Source: Dehalococcoidia bacterium (GTDB lineage: Bacteria; Chloroflexota; Dehalococcoidia; Bin125). From it: a stretch of 64,000 nucleotides of DNA. The notes under the pieces were generated by a model. That model had not been told where the DNA came from and ran no database searches. It saw only the letters and a program-made list of their open reading frames with translations. Every line of letters begins with the position of its first letter. Position 1 is the stretch's first letter. Positions 8,005 to 16,731 of this stretch are shown here, one piece after another. Where the stretch lies: assembly GCA_963555985.3 (NCBI GenBank), contig OY820591.1, forward strand, positions 2,240,001 to 2,304,000, written 5' to 3'. A program made the position numbers and the translations under genes.

Positions 8005-8490
8005 TCATGCCTCGCGGATGGCTCGGTTGAATGCTTCCCATTGCTCATCGGTCAGGTCGATTCGCACGAGTTGGCCGGGATTGAAGCGCTTCTGTTCGGG
8101 CTTGTTCAGGAACGTGTCGAGGTCGAACGGTTTCGACCACGCCTGGGTTTCACGGAGCTGCTCTACGCGGACGGTGATCCATTCGTCCTGGTCGTCGAAG
8201 CGTCCACTGCCCCGGAGCTCGACGTGACGGCCGGTCAGCCGCCGCATCTGCTCGGCCTGCGAGGGATCGAAGCGCAGGCTGACCTGACCGCCGCCGGCGT
8301 CGTGAAGTTGCGCGGTTCCGCTTTGCCAATCGACGTCCTTCAGCCACCCCGTCAGCAGGGCTTCCTCAATGTCGCCCGCCGGCTCCTCCTCCGAGACGGA
8401 GACGGTGACGACGCAGCCCTCTGTGAGGTCTAGGGATTCGAGCGGCGTCAGCACGCCGTTGGCGTATTGGGCGCGGAATTGGGTGGTCAC
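8005..8490 (-). CDS. DUF104/AF2212-like antitoxin domain fused to an unknown ~120-aa domain
   Basis: FRAQYANGVLTPLESLDLTEGCVVTVSV N-terminus; GGAGGAGG RBS; no toxin downstream. Confidence 0.7.
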   Translation of the reverse strand: MTTQFRAQYANGVLTPLESLDLTEGCVVTVSVSEEEPAGDIEEALLTGWLKDVDWQSGTAQLHDAGGGQVSLRFDPSQAEQMRRLTGRHVELRGSGRFDDQDEWITVRVEQLRETQAWSKPFDLDTFLNKPEQKRFNPGQLVRIDLTDEQWEAFNRAIREA

Positions 8491-8510
8491 TGGGGGCCTC
8501 CTCCGACGGT

Positions 8511-8550
8511 CAGCCTAGCGCGTTCCGGCGGCCCTTGGCGGGGGTGATTT
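8511..8550 (-). repeat. 40-bp array linker copy 3
   Basis: cagcctagcgcgttccggcggcccttggcgggggtgattt. Confidence 0.85.
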
Positions 8551-8579
8551 TGGGTTTGGGGTGTTCGGATTTGGTCGGG

Positions 8580-8777
8580 TCAGGCGGGGACTTTTTCGAG
8601 GGAGAGTTCGGGCAACACGCCACGCTCGCGGGCGAACTCGATCGTCAGGGCGACCAGATTGCCGTCCGCGTCGAGCTCCAGGAGTGTGTTCTCATCCAAG
8701 TCGCGCGTTTCGACGATCAGCGCGTCCGAGAGCGCGAGAAAGAGCGTATCCGTATCCTCGAAGTAGGTGGCTTTCAT
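8580..8777 (-). CDS. DUF2283-family antitoxin
   Basis: Start moved to ATG at 8777; MKATYFEDTDTLFL..ETRDLDENTLLELDADGNLVALTIE. Confidence 0.85.
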   Translation of the reverse strand: MKATYFEDTDTLFLALSDALIVETRDLDENTLLELDADGNLVALTIEFARERGVLPELSLEKVPA

Positions 8778-8917
8778 GGACGTGCGACTCCCCACCGCAA
8801 CGCTTTGATCTGCGTTGATGTAAGTATAGCAATGTGGAGGACCAAATTGATCGGCTTGCCGGGCGCCGAAATCGCCCGCCAAGCCTGATGCAGCCGCCGG
8901 CCCGTTGGCAGCGGCGT

Positions 8918-9154
8918 TTACGGCCTGAAATTGCGGTCGAAAAAGGCGTTGAGCACCGTCTCCCGGTCGGGCAGGAGCACCACGCGCAGATACCGCCCGC
9001 CGAATTCCGGCACCGCCCCCCAGCGGCTGATGCGGCCGTTGGACTGAACGAGCTCTCGCTCAGGATTGGAGAGCACCCGCTCGATCCACTCGTCCGTGAT
9101 CTGCCGCCTATCTGGAAACTGCCGCCGCCAGTCGAAGTACGGAGTGGTTTTCAT
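8918..9154 (-). CDS. DUF4258-like (RelE/BrnT-fold) putative toxin
   Basis: WIERVLSNP..GRYLRVVLLPDRETVLNAFFDRNF, the usual partner upstream of DUF2283. Confidence 0.75.
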   Translation of the reverse strand: MKTTPYFDWRRQFPDRRQITDEWIERVLSNPERELVQSNGRISRWGAVPEFGGRYLRVVLLPDRETVLNAFFDRNFRP

Positions 9155-9257
9155 AGAGTCTTTCTCAGAACCGCTCCAGCGCCATGCCTGAGGTTGTTAG
9201 GCCGAGCACCTGCTTTCAAGCAGAACTCCGGGTTTGCGCGGGGCAGGCGTAAGGCCG

Positions 9258-9292
9258 GGCGAGATACCCGCGGCAAGCGCGGGTATGACGGA
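9258..9292. repeat. REP-like palindrome (..ATGACGG family)
   Basis: 35 nt identical to 35345-35379: ggcgagatacccgcggcaagcgcgggtatgacgga. Confidence 0.85.
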
Positions 9293-9309
9293 GTTGGGGG
9301 CGGGCGCCA

Positions 9310-12300
9310 TCATCGGGATACCCGCCCCTCGACGGCGGCGATTTCGTCGTCGGTGAGGCCGTAGAGGTTGTAGACGAGCTGGTCGATCTCTTGCTCGGCG
9401 TCGGTGTCGGGAGTGGCGGCATTGAGGATGCGGTCGACCAACTGGACGAAGGGCTGTTGCTCCTCTTTGCTGGGCTTCGGAAGAGGCAACCTCTCGACGT
9501 AGACTCTCTTCCAGCGAAGCGTGCCCATGCCTGAGGTGGGCGCAATTTGCCTGAGATGCCAGTGCATCAGGCGAGAGTTCAGTAGCGCACACAGATACTT
9601 GAGGTTCTCGCCTGTCATCAGAAAGGTCGTTGCTTCGGGATACGTCTTGCTGTCGTCGTAAGCGAAGCGTCCGCGATCCACCAGCTCGATCCACAGCAAC
9701 TTGGGCTTGGCAAAGTCCTCGTAATAAGCGCAGCTTCGCAAGTTGTAGTAGGTGAGGCCCTGATCTTGCCGTCTCTCGACTTGCGGCAGGAAGCCGTCGA
9801 GGTGATCTTTGACCGCTGGGTAATCGTCGATGTTAATCGGCGGCACGTCGTCATAGCCGTTATGGGTGTCGATCAACCACTTGCCCGCCCACTCAGCTCG
9901 ATATCGCTGAATATCCCGGCCACGTAGCACCGGCTTGATGATCTCGTCCGAGTTTGGGTCTTCCGCAATCAGCGCGTCCCGCGTGGGAGTGTCGATGATG
10001 AACGCTTTGTTGTAGCCCGTGAGCACTCCGCGGTTGATCTTTACATCCCACTCGCTGAGCGGCGTACCGCGATCGAGCATCTTGTCCATCACGCTCCACT
10101 CGGTGTGGGAGAGGACGCTCCAGGGGGCGTCGCCGTTGGGCCGGGTTTGGCCCCAGTGTTGGTCGGCGGGCGGGATTTGCTTGTCTGGCAGGGCGTCCAG
10201 GTCGACCGAGGGGAACGGGTCCCCGCTCGGGGGCGGGGAACCGGCGGAGTGTGAGCGGCCGGTGCGGAGCAGCAGGACGCCGCTGTCGACGATGGCGCTG
10301 TCGAAGACGTCTTTGCCCAAGTCGAGCCAGCGCAGCGGGGTGTGGCGCTGGGCGAAGTGGCGGCGCGTCTTCTTGCCGTACTCGGCGCGGAGCCAACTGT
10401 TGGAGCTGATGTAGGCCATCAGGCCGCCGTCGCGCCGCAGCAGTTGGCAGCCGCGCTCGAAGAAGAGTTGGTAGATGTCGCCGCTGCGGACAAAGGTCTC
10501 GAAGCCGCAGTCGGCGTAGCGTTTGCCCAGCTTGCCGCTGTCTTTCTGGAGTTGGATGTAGGGCGGGTTGGCGATCACGATGTCGAAGCCGCCGTCGGCG
10601 AAGACTTCGGCGAATTCGACGCGCCAGTCGAGGGCGTTGCCGCTCTGCGCGAAGTGGCTGAGCCGCTCGCGAATGTCTGCTTCGACCGCTTCGATTGACT
10701 GACGTAGCGCTTGCTTGCGGTCGCCGATGTACTCGGTCATGAACTGGCGCTTGAGCTCGCGCAGTCGGTCGATTCGAGTCCCCTCATATCCGAGCACGCC
10801 CTGCTGTCCGGTCTCGCTCGGGTCGGGACCGAGCAGGCTGTCGCCCTGGACGATCTTGAAGTCGAGGTTGGGCAGCGGCTCGGGTTGGTCGCCCTCGTAG
10901 TCGATGGCGAGCGAGAGCCAGAGCCGGAGCATGGCGATGTTGGTGGCGAAGCCGTCGATGTCGACGCCGTAGAGGTTGCGGCGGATGATTTCGAGTTTGA
11001 GTTCGTAGAGCGACTTGGGGTCGTGGGTGACGTTGAAGAGGGTCTGCTGGAGTTCGACCAGTTCGTGCATCATGCCGAGCAGGTAGGCGCCGGAGCCGCA
11101 GGCGGGGTCGACGACGGTGACATCGGCGAGGGCGTTGGAGATCGCGCGGGCGTCGGGGATGCGGATGCGGGCGGTGTCGCGGCGGTCGACGAAGGCGGCG
11201 ACGGCGTCGGCGTCGAGCGGGTCCCCGCGTGAAGCGGGGACTGGGAGGCGGGCTTCGAGGTAGCCCTTGAGCGCCTCGCGGCACATGAAGGAGACGACTG
11301 GGCGGGGGGTGTAGTAGGCGCCGGAGTCGTGGCGTCCGGTGACGAGTTCTTCGAAGACCATGCCGAGCATTTCGGGGTCGACGGCGACCTCGATCTCCAG
11401 CGGGGTCGATTCGGAGACGGTGAAGTAGAAGCGGTCGAAGAGTTCGCTGAGGACGGGCAGGATCGCGTCGTCGGGGACGAACAGGTTGTCGCGCTGGTCC
11501 AGCTCGGTCGGCTGGAAGAGGCCGCCGTTGAGGAAGGGCACGTCGCCGATCAGGATGTCGAGGCCGTGTCTGAGGTCGCGCGAGTCGGGATTGTTCAGTC
11601 CTTCGAAGAAGAGGAAGCTGAGGCGGTCGCGGTAGAAGTTGTCGTGCTGCTCGTGAGCGAGGTAGTCGTTCTTGAGGGCGTTGAGATAGTCGCGGTCGCC
11701 TCTGTAGGCGAGCCAGCCCTTGCGCGAGAGGAACTGGACGAACATCAGCCGGTTCAGCAGGGTCAGCACGAAGCGGCGGCGCTGCTCGCGTTCGCGCTCG
11801 GAGAAGCCGGAGACCAGTTCGACCGCCTGATCGAAGAGGCGCTTGTACTCGCGGTAGAAGCGGCGGTTGAGCTCTTCGGTGTCGAGCGCGTCGAGCCAGG
11901 CGTCGAGCAGGCCGTCGAAGTTCTGCGGCTTGCCGTTGGATTGCATCCAGTCGAGGCGATTGGCGAGCGAGAGTTGTTCGAGGATGTCGATATGGGCGCG
12001 GTGCGGCTTGGCGGGATCGAGCTCGCGGATCAGGGAGACGCTGCCGAGCACGTCGCGGTCGGGGTCGCGTTTGTGTTCGCGGCGATGGACGAAGGCGAGC
12101 GTGAGCAGTCCGTCGCCGCTGTGGAAGAGGACGACGGTGGGGATTCCGAAGCGTTTGTTGAGCTCGCGGGTGAACTGCGCGTACTTGCCGCGCGGGTAGC
12201 GGGCGCCGTCCAGTTCGACGGCGGCGAAGAGGAAGCTCCTGGCGAGGCCGCTGTCGAACTCGTCAGCCGGGAACATGGATCGTTCCAGTCCGGCCTCGAT

Positions 12301-12558
12301 TTCCTGATCGGTGAGCTGGAAGATCAGGCGGACGGAGCGAGCGGCGTCGCGGAATTCCCGCTCGGCCTTGGTGTCCGGGTTGTCGGCGGGAAATTGGTCC
12401 AGGAAGTCCGAGACGTCGCCACTCTGGCCTTCGAGTGTGCGTTCGCTGCGATAGCCGAGGGCGCCGAGCAATCCTTCGGCGTCGCGGGCGAACTGGCCGC
12501 CGCAGTCGCGGAGGGTCTGCTTGATGCGTTCGCGGGTCGCTACCTGATGATCAGCCAT
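9310..12558 (-). CDS. N6-adenine DNA methyltransferase, Eco57I/Type IIG-like with TaqI-like C-terminal specificity domain
   Basis: GAYYTP, VDPACGSG (motif I), IVIANPPY (motif IV), C-terminal YLCALLNS..EIDQLVYNLYGLT. Confidence 0.92.
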   Translation of the reverse strand: MADHQVATRERIKQTLRDCGGQFARDAEGLLGALGYRSERTLEGQSGDVSDFLDQFPADNPDTKAEREFRDAARSVRLIFQLTDQEIEAGLERSMFPADEFDSGLARSFLFAAVELDGARYPRGKYAQFTRELNKRFGIPTVVLFHSGDGLLTLAFVHRREHKRDPDRDVLGSVSLIRELDPAKPHRAHIDILEQLSLANRLDWMQSNGKPQNFDGLLDAWLDALDTEELNRRFYREYKRLFDQAVELVSGFSEREREQRRRFVLTLLNRLMFVQFLSRKGWLAYRGDRDYLNALKNDYLAHEQHDNFYRDRLSFLFFEGLNNPDSRDLRHGLDILIGDVPFLNGGLFQPTELDQRDNLFVPDDAILPVLSELFDRFYFTVSESTPLEIEVAVDPEMLGMVFEELVTGRHDSGAYYTPRPVVSFMCREALKGYLEARLPVPASRGDPLDADAVAAFVDRRDTARIRIPDARAISNALADVTVVDPACGSGAYLLGMMHELVELQQTLFNVTHDPKSLYELKLEIIRRNLYGVDIDGFATNIAMLRLWLSLAIDYEGDQPEPLPNLDFKIVQGDSLLGPDPSETGQQGVLGYEGTRIDRLRELKRQFMTEYIGDRKQALRQSIEAVEADIRERLSHFAQSGNALDWRVEFAEVFADGGFDIVIANPPYIQLQKDSGKLGKRYADCGFETFVRSGDIYQLFFERGCQLLRRDGGLMAYISSNSWLRAEYGKKTRRHFAQRHTPLRWLDLGKDVFDSAIVDSGVLLLRTGRSHSAGSPPPSGDPFPSVDLDALPDKQIPPADQHWGQTRPNGDAPWSVLSHTEWSVMDKMLDRGTPLSEWDVKINRGVLTGYNKAFIIDTPTRDALIAEDPNSDEIIKPVLRGRDIQRYRAEWAGKWLIDTHNGYDDVPPINIDDYPAVKDHLDGFLPQVERRQDQGLTYYNLRSCAYYEDFAKPKLLWIELVDRGRFAYDDSKTYPEATTFLMTGENLKYLCALLNSRLMHWHLRQIAPTSGMGTLRWKRVYVERLPLPKPSKEEQQPFVQLVDRILNAATPDTDAEQEIDQLVYNLYGLTDDEIAAVEGRVSR
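10211..10239. repeat. Palindromic element inside MTase CDS (copy A)
   Basis: gggaacgggtccccgctcgggggcgggga, 28/29 match to intergenic 51738-51766. Confidence 0.8.
11215..11246. repeat. Palindromic element inside MTase CDS (copy B)
   Basis: gagcgggtccccgcgtgaagcggggactggga, 32/32 match to intergenic 36736-36767. Confidence 0.85.
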
Positions 12559-15500
12559 GTCACGAGCTCGAAGTCTGTTGGGGCGCCCGGGTGCTCCGAG
12601 GCTTTGGGCAGGACGGCGTCGCGGGAGCCGCCGCGGGCTACGCTACTCGCTGCGGCGGAGGCTTCGGCCTGGCGGATGTGGGCGAGCACGTTGGCTATCA
12701 GCTGGTCATAGCGGCCCAGCTCCTGGCCGTGCTTGGTTTCGAGGTTGAAGGCGTCGCAGAGGTCTTGCACGGGTTTGTCAACGCCGAGCGCGGCGCGCTC
12801 GAAGGTCTCCAGCACTTGGCGCGCGTTGGCGGCGCCGAAGCGGATCGTTCCGTCGTCCTGGATCAGGACGAGGAAGAAGGGATGCAGCGGGCTGACGCTT
12901 CGCTGCCGCGCGTTCGTTTCGGCCGCGCGCTGCTTCAAGAGGAAGAGCACGCTCGCGCCGGGGCCGTGCTCGGGGTTGCGGGCGAGGGCGTAGACGCCGT
13001 TGGGGGTCGCTTCCAGTTCTGCGCGCTTCTGCTCGAGGAACTGCTTGAGTTGGGCGAAGAAGTAGTCCATCGAGAAGTCGCTCATCACGACGGTGTCGGA
13101 GAGTTCGTCCAAGTCGGGCACTTCTTCGCGCAGTCGTTGCAGTTGCCGGTCGCGGAAGTTGAGTTCGAGTTGCGCGCCCGCTTCCAGTTCGCGCTCGTTG
13201 AGGAGGTCGTCGCTGCCGCTGGCGGCGGTGTCGGCCAGCGCCATGCGCGCGAAGACGCGGTTCTCCAGCTTGAGGTAGGCGTCCATGTCCTTGGTCGGCC
13301 AGTAGTTGATCATGCGGACTTCGGCGTTACGGCTGCCGATCCGGTCGATCCGCCCGAAACGCTGGATCAGCCGTACCGGATTCCAGTGAATGTCGTAGTT
13401 GAGGACGGTGTCGCAATCCTGGAGGTTCTGACCCTCGGAGATGCAGTCGGTCGCGATCAGGAGGTCGATATCCGGTTCGGAACTGTCGCCGGTTCGATTG
13501 CGGGCGTTGGGCGCGAAGTCGGTCAGGATGGCGTTGAAGTCCCCTGTTCCACGGCTATCGCGCGCGCTGTCGCCGGAGACCATCGCCATCCGCAGACCCA
13601 GTTGCTTGGCGTCGGCTGCGAGCTGTTCGTAGAGGTACTCGGCGGTGTCTTTGAAGGTGGTGAAGATCAGCAGTTTGCGGTTCGGGTTGCCGTCCAGGTC
13701 GGCGCTGGGCTTCGCCGCCCGCTGATGGAGCGCCTCTCGCAGTTCGCGCAGCTTGCCGTCGCGCGCGGGGCTGATGTCCCGTACGAGCTCGAGGGCGGCG
13801 GCGAGCGTGTCCCGGTCTTTGCGGATGTCCTTGCTCCAGCGGGGGAGGTCGAGCTCTCTCAGGTGGTAGGGGTTGCGCGCGCGGTTGATCAGGAAATCGT
13901 CGTCCTCCTCGTCCTCATCGGGCAGATAGTCGCTCTGGATGTCCTCGTCGCGCGCTTGTCGTTCGTAGCGCTCGATCTTGTCCAGCAGCGCTTCCATCTT
14001 GTCGATCGTGCGCTTCAGGGTGAGTTGCAGTGAACGCGGAGAGCTTTCGAGCCGCTTCAGGAAGTTGGTCAGGATCATCTGAACGAGGAAGCGCTCGCGG
14101 TCCTTCTGATTGAAGTTGCGCCGCTTGCGCTCCGCCTCGAGTTCCCGCTGCCGCTCCGGGTCGTCCAGATAGTCGGAAGGGCGGTAGATCGAGAGCTCGA
14201 ACGCGCCGATCCGCGTTGCCAGCTGTTCATAAGAGAGCGCGCCGTCCAAATCGGTCGCGGGGTAGCGGTTGAGCGGCTTCGCGTGTCGAGGGAACTGGCC
14301 GATCCGATCCATTTCGGCCGCGTAGAACCGCGTGATCTGTCGCCGCGAGCGGGCAATCGAAACAGCGTCAAGCAGCCGCAGAAAATCGGCGCCGAGCCGC
14401 TCCAGCAGTTGCGCCTTGTCGGATTTGCCGCCGCGCTGTTCTTCCTCCCACTGCTTGAACGCGCGCTGAGCCGCGCCCAGGACGCGCCCCATACTGCCGA
14501 TTCCGAGCTCGCTCTGAAAGTAGGCCTCGTTCTTCTCGGTCATCAGGTAGATCTGGTTGCGGAGATCGAGCAGAGACGTGTTGACCGGGGTCGCCGAGAG
14601 CATCAGGACCTTGGTCCTGGAGCCGTCCTTGATGACGTTCTCGAGCAGGCGTTTGTAGCGCGCGCCTCCGTCATTGCGGAAGTTGTGCGACTCGTCAATG
14701 ACGATGAGGTCGTAGGCGCCCCAGTTGAAATTGGCGAGGTCGATGCCGCCCACCTCGCCCGTGTCTCTTGAGAGATCGGTGTGGGAGAGCAGCGTGTAAC
14801 CGAAGCGATCTTCGGCAAAGGGATTGTCCCGGCGCCGAAAGTGCAAGGGGTACAGCGCCCAGTTCTCCCGCAGCTTACGCGGGCAGAGCACGAGCACATT
14901 CTTGTTTTGGAGTTCGTAGTACTTGATCACCGCCAGCGCGGTGTAGGTCTTGCCCAAGCCCACGCTGTCGGCCAGGATGCAGCCGTGGTGCTGTTGCAGG
15001 CGGTTGATCACGCTCCTCACGCCATCCTGCTGGAACTCGTAGAGCGCGTTCCAGATCACTTTCTCGACTAGATGCGTGTCCTTCAATGGCTGATCGTCGA
15101 GCTCGGAGTTCACTCTGCTCTCGAGCAGCTCGAAGAGCGACTTGAAGTAGACAAATTCGGGGGAGTAGTCCCTGCCAAGTCGATCGAGCGCATTGAGCAC
15201 ATCCGGCTTGACGTCTTCGGTGAGGCGTTCGTCGCCCCACAGCTGGTCGAACCACTCGCGAAGAGCGGACAGCGTGTGCTCATCGGTGACTGCCAGATTG
15301 ATCTCGAGATTCGGCCTCTGGCTGCCGCCAAGCCCTCGCCTGGTGAAGTTCGAACTGCCGACGACGCCGGCGCCGTCGGTGAGGTACATCTTGCCGTGCA
15401 GAAAGTTCGAGCGCCTGATAGATCGCACCGCGACGGCGCCGCTCTTGAACCATTCGGCGCAGGCGCGGGCCAGACCCTTCTGATGCAGCGTCTGCATGGG

Positions 15501-15755
15501 CGTAAGCCCACGCTCGGTGAGGTAAAAGGCCTGTTCGTCCTTCGCACCGGGATCGAGGTCGTCCACTGAATAGGGGTCGCCGAAGAGGAAGCGGGTATCG
15601 TTGAGGTTCTCCAGTTCCTCGGCCAGGAGCGCGTAGCCGTAGATGCTGAAGTATGCCGATACGATCCGGAACGCGCTCGAACGATCGAGCTGCGCGCTCA
15701 AGTACTCAGAGACCTTGCGAGTGCGATTATCCAGAATGACGTCCTGCATCCGCAA
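12540..15755 (-). CDS. PLD-nuclease domain fused to SNF2-family helicase
   Basis: LHGKMYL..GSSNFT (HKD-type), LADSVGLGKT, IDESHNFRN, LSATP, SEGQNLQ, LIQRFGRIDRIG; overlaps MTase start. Confidence 0.92.
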   Translation of the reverse strand: MRMQDVILDNRTRKVSEYLSAQLDRSSAFRIVSAYFSIYGYALLAEELENLNDTRFLFGDPYSVDDLDPGAKDEQAFYLTERGLTPMQTLHQKGLARACAEWFKSGAVAVRSIRRSNFLHGKMYLTDGAGVVGSSNFTRRGLGGSQRPNLEINLAVTDEHTLSALREWFDQLWGDERLTEDVKPDVLNALDRLGRDYSPEFVYFKSLFELLESRVNSELDDQPLKDTHLVEKVIWNALYEFQQDGVRSVINRLQQHHGCILADSVGLGKTYTALAVIKYYELQNKNVLVLCPRKLRENWALYPLHFRRRDNPFAEDRFGYTLLSHTDLSRDTGEVGGIDLANFNWGAYDLIVIDESHNFRNDGGARYKRLLENVIKDGSRTKVLMLSATPVNTSLLDLRNQIYLMTEKNEAYFQSELGIGSMGRVLGAAQRAFKQWEEEQRGGKSDKAQLLERLGADFLRLLDAVSIARSRRQITRFYAAEMDRIGQFPRHAKPLNRYPATDLDGALSYEQLATRIGAFELSIYRPSDYLDDPERQRELEAERKRRNFNQKDRERFLVQMILTNFLKRLESSPRSLQLTLKRTIDKMEALLDKIERYERQARDEDIQSDYLPDEDEEDDDFLINRARNPYHLRELDLPRWSKDIRKDRDTLAAALELVRDISPARDGKLRELREALHQRAAKPSADLDGNPNRKLLIFTTFKDTAEYLYEQLAADAKQLGLRMAMVSGDSARDSRGTGDFNAILTDFAPNARNRTGDSSEPDIDLLIATDCISEGQNLQDCDTVLNYDIHWNPVRLIQRFGRIDRIGSRNAEVRMINYWPTKDMDAYLKLENRVFARMALADTAASGSDDLLNERELEAGAQLELNFRDRQLQRLREEVPDLDELSDTVVMSDFSMDYFFAQLKQFLEQKRAELEATPNGVYALARNPEHGPGASVLFLLKQRAAETNARQRSVSPLHPFFLVLIQDDGTIRFGAANARQVLETFERAALGVDKPVQDLCDAFNLETKHGQELGRYDQLIANVLAHIRQAEASAAASSVARGGSRDAVLPKASEHPGAPTDFELVTWLIIR

Positions 15756-15993
15756 TCCCCTCTTGGCGCCTGCATGGAGCCGCCGATATCGTCGAAAGCG
15801 TAGCGAGCCCTTGCCTGCTCCTTCCCAGCATCGGCCTTGGGGTTGAGAAGATGCGGCCCAGCGCGCCGCTAATCACGGCCAAGCCCCCCACCCAACCGCA
15901 ACTTCCCTGCCAACCCGTTAACCTGAACTCGAGTCCGCTCTGGCTACCGTATCCCTCACGCCGGACCCGTCATTCCCCGGAAAGGACACCCTC

Positions 15994-16731
15994 GTGGCCA
16001 CCTCCGCAGACATCACCGATCTGCCGGGACGCCTGATCGTCGTGGAGGGCATCGATGGCTCCGGCAAGTCCACCCAACTCGACCTGCTCCACAAGTGGCT
16101 CCGCTCCGAGGGTTACGTGACCGTCTTCACTGAGTGGAACTCGTCGCCAATCGTGAAAGAGACCACCCGGCGCGGAAAGCGGCGGCAGCTGCTCACGCCG
16201 ATGTCCTTCTCCCTGATCCACGCCGCCGACTTCGCCAGCCGCACCCACGAGCAGATCCTGCCCGCGCTGCAAGCCGGGGCGATCGTGCTCGCCGACCGTT
16301 ACACCTACACCGCCTTCGCCCGCGACGCGGCGCGCGGCGTCAGCCGCCAGTGGGTGCGTCAGCTCTACTCCTTCGCCGCCGAACCCTCGCTCGCCCTCTA
16401 CTTCCACGTCACCCTCGACGAGTCCATTCGCCGCATCGCCTCCGCCCGTGCACGAATCAAGTACTACGAAGCGGGACAAGACCTCGGCCTCGACGAAAAT
16501 GTCGAGACCTCCTTCCGCATCTTCCAAGGCCGCATCCTCGACGAATACGACGCGCTCTGCCGCGAGTTCGACATCGTGCGTATCGACGCGACCGAATCTC
16601 TCGTCAATCAGCAGAAGCTGGTGCGCGAGCTGGTCAAGCCCCTGCTTGAGGGAATGCCCCGTCGCGGCCAGGCGGCAATCCCGGCCGACGCTCCCGACAC
16701 GCTCGCTGCCGCAGCCGGAGGTGGCGCATGA
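15994..16731 (+). CDS. tmk: Thymidylate kinase-like protein (copy 1)
   Basis: LIVVEGIDGSGKST P-loop, VLADRY. Confidence 0.85.
   Translation: MATSADITDLPGRLIVVEGIDGSGKSTQLDLLHKWLRSEGYVTVFTEWNSSPIVKETTRRGKRRQLLTPMSFSLIHAADFASRTHEQILPALQAGAIVLADRYTYTAFARDAARGVSRQWVRQLYSFAAEPSLALYFHVTLDESIRRIASARARIKYYEAGQDLGLDENVETSFRIFQGRILDEYDALCREFDIVRIDATESLVNQQKLVRELVKPLLEGMPRRGQAAIPADAPDTLAAAAGGGA

Noticed and set aside
4780-8600. CRISPR array or integron in the repeated region
   Set aside because: Repeats are separated by kb-scale genes or are contiguous 10-mers; no regular spacers, cas genes, integrase or attC-like structure seen
9310-15755. Complete DISARM or BREX system
   Set aside because: Core partner genes (drmA/B/C; pglZ, brxC) are absent from both flanks
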